NCBI GenBank assembly: GCA_010356995.1
Contig: ML996691.1
Location: forward strand, 254,174 to 318,173
Reading direction: 5' to 3'
DNA: 64,000 bases
From: Trichodelitschia bisporula
Lineage: Eukaryota
Shown: piece after piece, positions 11,994 through 24,964 of the stretch
Layout: each line of letters opens with the position of its first letter
How positions within the stretch are numbered: the stretch's first letter is position 1
Position numbers and translations under genes: made by a program
Notes under the pieces: generated by a model
Told to the model about the DNA's origin: nothing
Seen by the model: only the letters and a program-made list of their open reading frames with translations
The model's database searches: none

Positions 11994-13079
11994 ATGTGTG
12001 TTCAAAACCGGGTCAAGTACGACTGCGGGCACGTCCTCGGGATCGCCATAACCAAGTGTCCGGACGCACATGCTCGCGATGTCGAGCATTGCGACAACCT
12101 AATTCAAGAGGCGCCTCTCGACGGCGACGGCCCCTGTCACAATTGCATGGAGCCGGTGGACAACGACGACGACTTGCAGCGCGCCTTGGTCGAGTCGCGC
12201 CAATCCCACGCGGCCTGGTCAAAGGAGCACACCATTCCAACCTCAGCCGAAGAGGAAGAGGCCCAGCTCCGCGCGGTGATGGAGAACTCCACCGTCGGCA
12301 TGAACATCTGGCAAGACGTGCCACAGGATGACCTGAACAAAGCCATCGGGCTAAGCATCAACGACCTCGCCGCGCGCGAGGCAGCCGAGGACGATAACGG
12401 CTGCACTGCCGCCGCACCGATGGCAAACTGGGTTCAGCGCGGTTCCGCTGGCGAAGGTCCCTCGGGCCCACGCCGCCCGCGTGTGCCGCCCGGTGCTCCG
12501 GATGACGATGCCGATGCGCGAGACCGGTCCAACGTCCCTGCTGAGCACCCCTTGCCCCTTGATCGTGCTAGTGCTAACCGCCCCCACGGTCACCCTGATC
12601 TGGCAGTTCACGGTGGCGTAGGCCGTCCCGGGCCCGGCGCCCGTGGTCGGGGCGGGATTGCGCGCGGGCGCGGGCGCGGTCGCGGTCGTGGTGGGCCGCT
12701 TGCAATGCTGCCTAAACCCGCTGGGAATGGTCCTGCGCTCCCACCGGCGCCGGGCATTGGGCCGAATGGGGAGAAGCTCAAGATGCGGCGCAATAGGTTT
12801 GTTGGTTGTGGTCATGTTGTTGATGGTGGCATGTCGAAGCTGCCGGTGACGGATGCTGATGATCCCGGTTTCTTTGAGGTTCCGCAGCAGGGGAATTGTC
12901 CGGCTTGTGGGCCGGGGAATGCTAAGGGTAAGTGCCCGGTTCAGGATGACGATGATAGCGATGAGGATGATGCTCCTCGTCATTCGGATGGCGACGAGCC
13001 TCCGAAGGATGCTGATGAGATGCGGCGTCGGCGTCTGGCGCGTCTTGAGGCCATGGCTGAGCGCGGCTATGGCGACTAA
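11994..13079 (+). CDS. Hypothetical protein, 361 aa: Cys/His module, three UIM-like helices, RGG tract, second Cys/His module, C-terminal VBM-like motif
   Basis: First ATG at 11994 (MCVQNRVKYDCGH...CHNC). UIM-like DDDLQRALVESRQ, EEEAQLRAVMENS, DDLNKAIGLSIND. RGRGGIARGRGRGRGRGG. GCGH...CPAC. DEMRRRRLARLE. Confidence 0.8.
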   Translation: MCVQNRVKYDCGHVLGIAITKCPDAHARDVEHCDNLIQEAPLDGDGPCHNCMEPVDNDDDLQRALVESRQSHAAWSKEHTIPTSAEEEEAQLRAVMENSTVGMNIWQDVPQDDLNKAIGLSINDLAAREAAEDDNGCTAAAPMANWVQRGSAGEGPSGPRRPRVPPGAPDDDADARDRSNVPAEHPLPLDRASANRPHGHPDLAVHGGVGRPGPGARGRGGIARGRGRGRGRGGPLAMLPKPAGNGPALPPAPGIGPNGEKLKMRRNRFVGCGHVVDGGMSKLPVTDADDPGFFEVPQQGNCPACGPGNAKGKCPVQDDDDSDEDDAPRHSDGDEPPKDADEMRRRRLARLEAMAERGYGD

Positions 13080-14064
13080 AATGGCTTGGTCCGTTGAGAC
13101 CTGCTGCGCGACTTTCCCAACTCAAAAAAATAGGAAACCATTGAAAAGCCATTTTATAAAAGGTGTAACTAGATAATAGAAAATGCTGTGGACAAACATA
13201 GGTGCACTTAAGTGTTCTGCTTTCAGTGAATGATCAGCGTCTAATTGTCCTCTGGCTTACTCCTAGACTATCCATAGCAGCCAGTCGGCCGAGAGTCCGG
13301 TGTCGCAGAATAAGATGTCTCACCGCCGCTCCTAGGCATAGACATGACTTCAGGGTGCTTATTGGGGGCTGCGAGGATGGACTATATAGGAGAGTTCAAC
13401 TTTAGAAAGAGTCAGCAACCAGAAGCCCAGATCTACGGAGGCATGAACATAGACTCACCGCGACCCATTCAAGAGCAATGTGCATAACAACGATACAGCC
13501 TCTCCATCACCAGAAAACCTCAAGTGTGAATCTGCTGTTTTTTCGCTTTTCTATTCTAATGATGGTGCCACGTTCCAACTCACCAAGTCCCAGATCCCCA
13601 ATCACCCTCAATAGGCCAGCGCGAGCCAGCCCAAAGCAAGCCCAGGTTCAATAGTGCCTGGCTCATTATGGAGTGGCACTTGTCGGTAGGAATTCCGCAA
13701 TTCAAGCCCTCGTACCGATGAGCCCTAGCGACACGAGCAGCATCAAATCTATCAACTGCCCACACTTCTGAATGATCCGCCACACCTCAGATACTTAGGT
13801 CCACTTCTGCTCAGAGATGTCTCTTACCAACTAGCGTTAGCCAGTCAAATGATTGCTCCAAGTCCAGTTCAGATTCCATAGGGATAGGGGTGCCATGCAC
13901 TGATGTCGGTAAATGTGAAGACTGAAATCGAACCACCTCAAGCCATGGAGGCGTAGTAACGCCGTAACTCCTCTCTGCAGAATTCTCCACGCCTTGTCAC
14001 ACCCTTATCGGTCTGTAGTGACGAAGCACCCAAGCCGTTGAGTTCTGACAACACCTTAGCGTAG

Positions 14065-16120
14065 CTAAACAGCCACTTTAATCTCTGACCAGTCGTCCCC
14101 CGCGTCAGAGTCTGCAGACTCCGAGTAGACACTGTCAGCTTGGGCACGAGTACGCTTCTTGGCCTTGGTACGGACGGCCTTGACCGCACCAGCAGAAGTG
14201 TTGACAGCTGTGTTGTTAGAGGAGTTACCAGCAGACGACGGGCCAAACTTACACAACTCCTCCTTGCTGTGCGAATTCCGAAGGTGCTCAATCAGGAACT
14301 TGAGGATGGAAATGTCATCGCCGCCCTGCTCTTTCCAGAATTCCGCTCTCATAGTATCGTAGAGAACACGGCAGTCCACGAGTTCATAGGGCATATCGCG
14401 AAGTCGATGGGTCACCTCTTCCCATACGGCGTCGGACTCCGTCGAGTCCCCGACATTCGCCTTCCTCAGAACCCTAAGAATCGTTCTCAGGATGAGGTAT
14501 TTGTCGCCGGCGCTCATCCGGTTGACATTCGTTTTGGCTTGGGCCTGACGATTAATGGCGTCGTTGGATTTGTTGGCTGCTTGCTCGCCGTCGGTACCTT
14601 CGGAAGCCTCATGGGAAGCCTGAGCAGCTTTCCCTGCCTTGCTCAGCTTCTTCCACTTGTTGGAGCACTGGAGACGGCTGCGCCGGTTGCCCATGCGCTC
14701 GCTGATGATGTTCCAGTCCAGCTCGCGCACCGGATCGTAGGGTTCAGTCTCATCAGGATGATCCTCTTGGTGCTTGACGCGAAGCTTTCCCAGAATTTCG
14801 TGCACGATACCTCGGAACAACTCCACTTCCTCGGCCGTCCAGGCACCCTGATTTCTGCTTTCGCCACACTTCAGATAGTTCCGCCAACGGTCGCGACAGT
14901 CCTCAGGATGACGCTTGAGAAGTTCGCTAATGTCCTTCCACCTCCTGCCGTGCCGATCAAAGGCTTCGAGCAGCGCCTGGTCCTCCTCTTTAGTCCACTG
15001 ACCCCGCTTCCCGTAGTTATGGAACCGACGCCGGATGACACGCGTGGTCTGGACCTTGTTGCGGTTTGGAAGAACATTGACCGTCAGCTCATCGAACATG
15101 ATTTTCGCCGCTGCCGTGCGAGCGACGTCCTGGATCTTCGCGTTGAGTTCTTCCGTCGTAAGGTTGTGGGCAATCCGATAAGCCCGATATGCGTCATCCA
15201 GCTTAGCAAGCTCCTCGTCGGTGAAGCCGCCCTCTTTCGCAGTTTTGCCTCTACCTTCGCCAAGTCCCTTGGAGAAATTTCCACGGCCGCGCTTCCCGCT
15301 TTTGCTAGACGAAGCTGGGACCGTGCGATCTACGATCCCATCACTATCCACAGAGTCGCCGGAGGGAGAGCCGGGGGTGGTGGGAAGATCGGCGGTCGAA
15401 GGGTGCAAAACGGAATCAGCGGCGGGCTCATCAGGAGTCGCCGAGGCTGTAGCCGGCGCGGTAACAGGCGGAGATTGCACAACATTCTGTAGTGGTTGAT
15501 CCTCGACTTCAGGCTCGAACCGAGCCCGTTCGTCGTCGTGGTCCGCGGTGAGACGCTGGCGCTTGTTGGCACCGTCGCCGGAAGTAGGAGGGGAAGGAGC
15601 ACGAGTGCCGGTCCCCACGATGCTCGAAGTCTTGCTCCGCTTGCGCTTCTTCTTGGATTTCTTTGCTGCTGACTGGCCCTCACTGGTGCCAGAGCCGGAT
15701 AACGCGGCCTGTCCAGGCGCAGTGTGGTCCACACCATTCATGGCAGGCTCGATAGCATTTACGACGGTTTCGAGAGAATCGCACCCAGCATGTTGCTGAA
15801 AGGACTGGGGGCACATTTCGATTGGAGGGCCGCTCAAGGCGTTGCGCAGAACCGTGTCCCTCCTTTTCAGTTCAGGACTCATTGGGCTTGCCAAATCGGA
15901 AGTTAAAGGCTGCACACCCTCTTGGTAGTCATCGGCCGTCCGAGATGAGTGAGAAGGCCGCTCAGGCGCATTGCTGCCGTTCTTGAGGCTCTTATACCGA
16001 GTCGGCGTTGCATCTAGGAATTCGTTAGCGATGTTCGAAATGCTCGCATGCGACGGAGGATAAATCACCAGGAGACAGCATGCGAGACGGGCCCTCGGGT
16101 CTCGAAGGTGAGTTCCCCAT
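14065..16120 (-). CDS. Myb/SANT-repeat DNA-binding protein, Reb1/Nsi1/TTF-1-like, 666 aa
   Basis: Myb repeats GQWTKEEDQALL...WKDISELLKRHPEDCRDRWRNY and GAWTAEE...LDWNIISERMGNRRSRLQCSNKWKKL. The 5' exon 16120-16069 (MGNSPSRP...) is inferred from intron 16068-16014 (GTGATT...GCTAAC...CTAG), which keeps frame. Confidence 0.85.
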
Positions 16121-16552
16121 CCTCCAGGTATTCACGATTGTGGGGGAGAAGAGTTCGTGGGGCAATGGGCTGGGGGAGACATGCGCGACAGTTAGCGGGG
16201 AACGCGTAGGCAGAGTGTGGCGGCCTCAGCGCCACGTGCTATCTACCGCCAAGACGGCCCGAGTCCGGGTCTTCGGCCGTCAGGCTTCCGACCTTCTGCT
16301 TGTCACTTGCCAGTACTCCATTTATCTCTGTAACATTCGGTCGTTACATACCCTATGCGATATCGCACTACGAGTACGCACTGCTACATAGTAATTTAAT
16401 CTACACAGAGCCGAGAAGCCTCGCTAGCCTCGCACACCCAAACCAACAATCCAAAAATCCATCGCAACCCGCTAAAGCCACAACCGCGCCATGCACCCAA
16501 AATCGTAACCTATAAATCCCAGCATATACAGTATCCAAACCTCCCAGCCAAC

Positions 16553-19500
16553 CTACGACCCATAATCCGCGTCCTGTGTCCATCCCCTCCCCTTCCGCGT
16601 AACACTGGGAGCTTCTTCCTCAAGCCCATCTCCCTGCTCCTGCCCAAAAACATCATCGGGAAACTCCTCGTCAAACCAGCTCGGTCCAGCGACGCTCATA
16701 TCGACATCGCAATCCCCATCCCCTACGTTAGCCGACCACCCCCCATCCGCCTCTTCGCCAAACAACGATGCCCCACTGCCATCAACTCGGTCGACTTCGC
16801 CACTTACCCCGCTCCCGCTGCCTCCGCTGACATTCCGAACGGATACCGGACCCACCGTAGGCCCGCTGAATGGTGTAGCGTAGGCAAAGGGCGTGGTCCC
16901 GCGTTTCATCATGCCGCCGCGAGAGGCAGCGAAGGCGGCGCTGCCGACGCCTGTGCTCTGGCTTCCGACGGGGACGAAAAACGGACTCACCGGGCGACCC
17001 TGCTCTTCATCCTCAGGCTCAGCATCAGGTTCGGCATCGCCGCCCGCCTCCGCGTCCACTTCGCGACTCATCGATCTACGCGGAGTAAACGCTCCGAACC
17101 TCCGCCGCGCCGCAAGATAGGCCTCCTCAGCCCCCTCCTCAGCATCAATATCCTCAACCTCCTTCTCCTCTCCCCAAACTTGCTCCTTAGGCTCGCGCCT
17201 CTCGCCCTCGTCCCCGCTTTCGTCGTCACTTCGCGAGATTCGACGTCGCTTGCTTTTCCGACCAGCCTTGGCGCGCACAGACCCTACATCCACGTCACGC
17301 ACTCGAGCTTTGCCCTTCCCCCGTGCAGCAGCCATGTTACACTGCGCGGAGAGTGACTCAATGACCACGACGTCCTCGCTCGGACGCACTTTTGCGCGTG
17401 ACCGTGTGCGTGACGCAGGGCCAGGTGACGAAGCAGGCGCCTGCGCGGCGGGTGTGTGGGGAGGCAGCTCCGAGGTCGGGGTTATGGGATGCAGCTTAGG
17501 AGCTGAGTTATGCTTGTTCGGTGCGGGTACAGAATCCGGCTCTTTCGACCGGACGCTGAGACGCGAGTGAGTTGACTGCACCGATGTGAACGAGCTGAAT
17601 AGGCTTGAGGGCGGGGAGTCAAGGGAGGGAAAGTATGCCCAGCAGGGCTCCTTGGCATCCGCTTCTGGAACACCGGAGGGTGTGCCTATCTCTTGCGTGG
17701 CGGGAGTGAACCGTGGCAGTTCCCGCAGGCGCTGCCATGTCCAGCCGGGATGTTGCTTAGGTGGGCGATGGCAGGTCGCAGGCTGAATGTACGCCTCGGG
17801 GTGTGTGACGAAGAGGCGTTTCTTGCCACCAGGAGCACGCATCATGACGCCTGAGGCGAGAAAATCAGCGTTCCAGAGTGCGGGAGAGACCATTTCGGCA
17901 GGGGAGAGGAAGCGGAGGCGCGAGGACTTGTGTATTTTGCGGAGGGGGGCGAAGGGTCCATCGAGCGCAAGGAAGACGGAGGCTTTCATTTGGCTCTCGC
18001 GCAAAGAGGGTTGCGAGCTCTTGTGGAGGTCGAGGACGTCGATGAAGGCGCGGCGGACGGCATCTCGTACAGTCTTTGCACCGCCGCCGCGGAGAGTGAC
18101 TGTTCGCACGAAGCCGCGGCTTTGCAGACGGTGGTACACTGCGCCCTTAGGGCCGCAGGCCTTGGGCACAAGCCATGTGTTTCCCAGCGCGTGGTCTCCG
18201 GCCTCGGCCCACTCCTGGATTGCGCGTTCACTCCACACGCTCTCGTCATCCAACCGAAGAGGCGAAGGCCGCAGGGAGCTCTTGCTGGTCTTTTGTGGGC
18301 TCGCGTTCAACTGCAGTGCCGTGCGGGTCCAGTCATCGTCATCACGATCAGCCTCCTCGCCAGCGTCGCTGTCACTAGGTAGAGTAAAGACGCTTTCGTC
18401 ACCCATGCTGTTACGCGACCGGCGGAAAGGCAGATCTTCGGGCTTAAACCAGATGCCGCGCAGATCGCGCCCCCATGGGAGGAGAACGACTTCGATTTCC
18501 CAAGGCGCAGAGATTGACGGTCCAGCAACACTGTCGAGGTGTTCCACGCGTTCTTCAACACTTCGCAGGCGCGCTTCGTAGCCGGTGCGTTCAAGGAGGG
18601 TGAGGAAAGTGCCTTCGGTCCTGTCATCAGAGTCCGAAAGCCCTGGAAAGGAGTCATTGAGCAAGAGCGAGTCCTCCGTATCACGAGTCCACTTCCGGCC
18701 CTTTCTCCTTCGTCTCTTGCCGTCCTCAAGCAGCCCACCCACCAGCGTACGACCGTGATCATCAACTTTCTCCTCCAACTCCAGCACCTTCCCGTCCAGC
18801 ATGTCGATGCGCTCATTTATCTCCTCAACTGTAGCAGCGCTTACGATGACACTGCTAGTGAACGAGGTCGATTCCAACCCGTCCACCCGCGACGCCAAGG
18901 TTCGGACGACATCCGCCAGATCCGTCGAGCGTATATGTGCTGAAATCGTATTCAGAGCGCCGTGTAGCTTCTCAAGTATGCGAGGCAAATTCTGCGCAAC
19001 AGCAGGAGGAACCGTAACCGTAGTCTTATCGTCTGCATGGCCCAGTGCATTCACGAGTCCACCGACCTCGTGCACTAACGCCTCCAAACCACGAAACTCA
19101 GGCGTCGCACCCGCCAAGCTCGGCGTGGCCAGCTCAGTTGCACTCTGTGCGCAGTCTTCAATGACAATTGGCGCGTGTATTGAAGCACCCTCCGGAAGTG
19201 GATTGACTGTTTCGGTGGAAGGTACGGGCACAGGAAGTGCACGGCGGGCCTCCATCACACGCTGCATGAAGCCCTGGTCAGGACTCACTCGCCCAACGGG
19301 GATATAAGAGCTTCCGGTAGATGTATGCCGCGTAGATGGCATCTGAGAGTCGCGGTTTGCCTGTGCGATGAGATTGGCAAGATAGACATCGTCTGGAACC
19401 GTGGATGTCGTGCTTCCAGGACCAGGAGCCTTGGGAATTGATATGGTGAGGCCCAAGCCGTTATGTTCTTCAGATCGTGGAAGTTGCAGGTCCGTAGAGT

Positions 19501-20130
19501 TGAGAAGACACATGGAAGGGATAGGAGGGAGGTAGTCGGCTGTGTTGACTTCGGCTGTGGAGGTGGAACGGGCCGACTTTGCGAGGCTATCTGCGCGAGC
19601 GGATTTGGCTGGACGACCGTAAGCTCCATCCCAGCCAAACATCTCTCAAGGAGCATGCGATGTTGGAGTTTAAACGGGGAAAACTAACCTTGCGGATCGT
19701 TTCCGATGTTGTGTGATGTATCCTTCTCCGCCTGACTCACAATGCTGCGAGCTAGTGATTCGCGCGTAGAGATCGAATATCGACCACCCAGCAAGCTTGC
19801 ACCGATTGACGACGTCCGCTCGACCATATCATGATAGCACGCATGATGGCCACAGACACACCACGGGTTGCTGTCGCTGCTCGCTGCAGGTTTTACCCCA
19901 CTCGCCGACGCACTCCCACGTTGAGTGTACACTTCTGCGCTCCACCAGAAGCGTCTGCAACCACATGAAGGCGGCTTCGGGCCAGCATTCAAGTCGCGGA
20001 AGTTGCAGGCCCCACTGGGAAGCCCTCGCGCGATGTCATGGTTTCTTGAGGTTGCGGGAAGGGCGGTTGTGTTCCGTCTGTCGTTGCCGTTGCCATTTCC
20101 CAACCGCGTGGGGCGAGAATACGCTGCCAT
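16553..20130 (-). CDS. Conserved-looking hypothetical fungal protein, 1165 aa (N-terminal Cys/His cluster, coiled coil)
   Basis: Exon 1 is 20130-19689 (GACNF...CGCRRFW...CVCGHHACYH), followed by intron GTTAGT..GCTTAC..CAG and exon 2 at 19608-16553 in a matching phase. Globular blocks WEIEVVLLPWGRDLRGIW and PLRKIHKSSRLRFLSPAEM. Function unknown. Confidence 0.8.
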
Positions 20131-21568
20131 TGATGGCTAGTGCGCATGCCACCACTCGTGGAAGACAGACGATGGTTTACTGAGCCATGGGCGGTTCGGA
20201 TCTGAAGTCCAAGGCAAGAAGTCAGTCTCTGGACTCGAGATGGGAGGGGCATGTAGATGCAGACACGGACACAGATGGCCAGCGGACAGAGCTTACAAAA
20301 GAAAGTGCTGAAAGTTCGTCTTCGACGGGCGCTTAAGCTCGGTCACACAGTGCCAGCGCTGAACAAGTACAGACTGCGACAACCATACAACGTCGAGCGA
20401 TAGCGGGGTGCGCAACGTCAGGACGGTCGAAGCGTCAAGTCAATTGTTGTCGCAAGTGGCACTGGATCAAGCGCCCGTCGATAGGACACGGCAAGAAATA
20501 CCCAAATTCGAACGCACCAAGTCCAAAGCAATAAATATGCAAGGAAGAGAAGAAGCAGCAAAAAAAATGATGTTCGTATCTCAGTCGCTGCGGCCTCAGC
20601 GACAAGTCGACAACGACCGACCCCAGTTGGCGTCGGCGTGACTCCTCTCAAGTCGTACCCCTGCACACAGCAACCCGAGCTGGGCACGCTAACCCCAAGG
20701 GCGCAACGCACAGATCGTAGAATGACGCAGCGGCTCTGAATGGCATGGGTCTATGGATAGTAATTGGCTGAGCTTGGGGTTACCGGCTAACGGGAACGCA
20801 TCCGTCGGTGGGTTAGCCGTACGATCTGGCGGGGGGACGTGGGTTGTCGGGGGCGACCCCCGCGCGCTTGGGCGGTAGGCCGGGTCGCCCTACGATGCCT
20901 CGTTGCTGCTAACAACACCTTGGGACTGCGGTAGGACGCAAGAGATGCAACACGATAGAACAGAGGTGGAATTGCAAGTGACGGTGAGGCTAGACGGCGT
21001 GCCAGGCTGCCGCTACCTCTTTGCCTGCTTCTGTGAGAAGCAACAATGTCGAGGGTTGCTGCCTGTTGCTCCCCTTGTGGTTTTCAAGAGACTTGATTGG
21101 GGTCTCGGTTTGCGTTGGAACTTGCATCGTCAAGGAGAAGAGAGTGAAAAAGGGAGCGAAGTGGAAGATTATATGGCCTTTGTACAGAGGTGAGTATGTA
21201 CTGCATTGCTTGAACTGGGGGCATTCATTCTTCCATTATTGATATGGAGGACGCTAGGTCGTGTTCGTCTACGCTTCAGATACTCGAACAAGAGCAGCAA
21301 GCATAGGGATATTCAAGAAATTATAACCCATTTTCCCACACAATGCTCCGGCGGGACAGGTACAACTTTTAATATGCCCTTCAACCACTGTGAGGTGCTG
21401 CGGAGGTTAGCCTGGCTGGCGCTGGAGGTTGAGGCTTGAAAGCTTGAAACTCGGCCCCCAAGCAGTACACGTGAACCATTAAGGCCACCAGCCTGCGCGG
21501 GGTCGAACCTCAACGCAAATACGACTTCCGATGACGACGACACTGAAAGGAAGCTCCAACCACCAAAG

Positions 21569-23632
21569 ATGAGCAAAGAAGCAAGAGAGCGTTTGGCTAC
21601 CAAGTCTGTGCAGTTCCATTTGGACCATGTCATGCCGACATTTGACCGTCTGGGGAGTGCGATCAGAGCTCAAGCTCCAGCGTAAGACTTACTATCTATC
21701 CAGTAATAGGCGCTGATGAATATGCAACCCGCAGATCATGGAAGGCCGGCTTTTTGGACCAGAATTTCAAGCACAAGCGCTATCGAGATCGCCTTGGCAC
21801 AAACGAAAAGAACGTGAAGAAAATCAGCATCAAGTAACATTTCTAAGTTAATCTTTGCTTTCCCCTGTGCTAACACTCGCAGGGATGACTTGGCCTACAA
21901 GTACTCAGCTCTGCCAGAGAACAGTATCAGAGTTCTGACTGTCCTGCCCGGTTCTGGGAACTCTTCGATCGAGACCACATTGACCCCCCACTCGATCAAG
22001 GAGCTGCACGAGTTCGATGCACTGTCCTACACATGGGGGCTTGCTCCGCCTTCTCAAACGATCACCATCGATGGCAAGCTTCTCGCAGTTACCCTGAATC
22101 TAGGCAACGCACTTCGACAAATGCGGCAGGCAGAAAATCCGCGTCGCTTGTGGATAGATGCGATATGTATCAACCAGATGGACATGGATGAACGATCATA
22201 CCAAGTGACATTGATGAGAGAAGTATATATGGCCGCCTCTCTCGTTGTTGTGTGGATCGGCACTGAGACAGCGGACACCGTGCCAGCCTTCGATCTCATG
22301 CGGAAACTTGCCGAAGCAAAGGCAAGTCCAAATCTGCCTCAAAGACCCATTCTACCGCAAGATTTGGCGGCTTTGAACCTTCCTCCCAGCGATGACCCTT
22401 CCTGGGAATCGCTAGATACCATATACTGGCGGCCATGGTATACACGCGTCTGGATAGTACAGGAAATATCTTTGGCAAAGAAGGCAGTCGTGCTCTGCGG
22501 GTCTCAATCCATCGGATGGGCCGAATTCGGGGACCTTGCCGTTTTCCAAAGCCGACATCTAATGGGAAGATTCACCGGTGTGGACCCGGCCCGCCTCGAA
22601 TCCCTGGTGCGTATTTCGAACGAAATCAATCGAGAAGTCAAAGTCGAGCTCGGCAGACTCCTTTTCTACACCCGAAGCTTTCTGGCCACGAATCCCCGAG
22701 ATCATATCTATGCGCTCCTAGGCTTGAGCGAACTCCAGATTGTGCCGAACTACAAAGCCCCCGTGCGTGATGTTCTCGTGGAAGCGACTTCGGAGTTGCT
22801 GCGCGCAGCCGGGAATATTCATTTGCTGACAGGCGTCTCCGATTCTTTCTGGTCAGCCGTCGAAGGACTGCCAACTTGGGTCCCGGACTGGACCACTCCC
22901 GTCCGGGCACCAGAGTTGCTCACGGTCCTGACCAATCCGTATCCCAGGGCCACTGGAGAAACAACAGCGCAGTTCTCCATTGCGGGTGACGTACTGTCGA
23001 TGGAGGGGGCTGTCATCGACACGGTTGAAGACATAGCGTCTGCTCTCCACATTGTACACAACAAGGGCGGAATCGGTGCAAAACTGCTGGGCAAAGCAAC
23101 TTCGCAAGAGATCCTCGATATGGATAAGGCCAAGCGTCTGCTGAGCTGGGAGCGTGTAGCTCTTCGGTTAGCAACGTATCCAACCGGGGACACAGTCGAG
23201 ACAGTGTTGCATCAGACCTTGACTGCGGGACAGCGTCTAGGAGAACCCGACTATGACACTCCCGACGCGAGAAGTCAATGGTACGCCGCCTTTCGTTCTC
23301 GTTGGGTCCAGCCCTTTGAGAAATTCAAGTTTGAAGATATGTCGAGCGGTACATCGGACGACAACGCTGCGGTCGCCGCAGGATTTGACCAGGCATTGTG
23401 GAATTCATGTCTAGGACGACGGCTTTTTGTCACAAAGAAAGGGTACATGGGAATTGCGCCGTCATCGACAACACGTGGCGACCAGGTGGCATTATTTGCA
23501 GGAGGCGTGACGCCATACATCATCCGGAAGGTCAAGACTAGGTTTCGCTTCGTTGGAGACTGTTACGTGCATGGAATCATGCATGGGGAAGCACTTGATG
23601 CTAGCTCATTCGGAACTTTGGACCTTGTCTGA
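21569..23632 (+). CDS. HET-domain (HET-6-like) heterokaryon-incompatibility protein, 653 aa
   Basis: Exons 21569-21681, 21735-21833 and 21883-23632 are phase-consistent. HET motifs FDALSYTWG, LWIDAICINQ, ERSYQVTLMREVY, WYTRVWIVQE, ATNPRDHIYALLGL and LPTWVPDW. HET-6-type C-terminus GRRLFVTKKGYMG...GDCYVHGIMHGEA. Confidence 0.95.
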
Positions 23633-24964
23633 GCGAGCTGCCTCCTATCGCGCCAAACTATGCTGAAATCAGCAGCAGCAACTTCTCTGGCTTGCATTTC
23701 TCGTGCACCCAGATCACGTGACACGATTATGTAATGGTGAATTGTGGGATGAGCCGAGACGTCAAATCCAGGCATGCTACGCGCCTTAACTTTTTTCGAC
23801 CATGGCAGTCCTCCGTCGGCTTCTTGCGTTTCATGAATTGCAGCCTTTTGCCGAAGTACCCAGAAAGTGACCTCCTAGAATGCTTCTGGCATAATCTTGG
23901 TTAGCTATCAGCAAGCTGGCCAGCCAGCTACAGAGCTCACCCACTTCGCAACGCGCAAGAAGGATTGGATCAAACATACACCGACCGGCTCAATGATGAA
24001 CAGTACCCGAGAGTCTAGGATGCAAGCACATCATGTACGGATACCGAAAGATGCAACGGGAACGCACAAGTCCATTTCCGGACTTTGGCCAATGACTTGG
24101 ACATCTCGACATTGGCCATCCTCTTAAAGCACTTGAAACCTGCGTGTACGGGTGGAACAAGCAAATAGATGATCGCGGAATCTCTGGATACACCCACTAA
24201 ACGGGAGAACCAGGACCAGGCCTTCTCGCTTTGCAAACGCGCAGTTCTTGGAGCACGAGCGGCGGCACTCTGCATGGATCACTCCCTTTCGGTGGGCTAC
24301 TAAGCAACAGTTCCGCCGGTCGATTGAAGTATCTACCTCATTATCTCTCTTCTCTCCGTCAATGAAGCAACCGGGTGTGCTTGAAAGATCGGACCGGAAC
24401 GGCAGTCTGATGCCAAGATATATCAACCCGTGACCGCGCTTTACCCGATATGGCTTGTTTTACTCCGGGGGAGGCGAAGCCGTTACGGGTACCGCCGCAA
24501 AGCTCCAGGAACTGACTGGGCCGCTACCAGGCGTCCGTTTGGCGGCGACGGCTAGCCGCCCACGGCCAGATGAAGCACTGGGCGGCTAACGAAAAGTGAG
24601 CGTACCATATCGATGCTAAATGGCCGGTTGCATTTTTTTGTATCAGACAAGGCTGCCCTTGAGCCACGTCAGTCTGATATGGCCCTGCCGTCCGAGGCGT
24701 GGTCTAACTGGTCTCCTCAGTCGGGATGCGACATCGACGTCTGTCAACATACCCGTCTCCACCCTGCAAGTACTCGTAGATCTCAGGAGGGGAGTCATCG
24801 AGCTGCCTCCTAGCTGAGGCTAGCCGTACACCAGCCGGAATCCATTCACATCATCTTCGCCTTATCCCCTTCGATGTTTCTGTTCGGCTTCAGCCTTTGT
24901 CTTCTCATCCCTGGAAATATCTCGGCTTCATTGCAAACCCCTATCGAAGCGTCAAGTTACGGCC

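Noticed and set aside
13400..13950. Extra 3' exon of the Myb gene, or a small separate gene
   Set aside because: The Myb ORF already ends at a stop codon (14065), and the downstream frames have several stops and no convincing splice sites.
14140..15492. Long antisense ORFs (also 10170-11102, 43523-44503, 62181-63245 and others)
   Set aside because: They are shadows of GC-rich real genes on the opposite strand and have no recognisable motifs.
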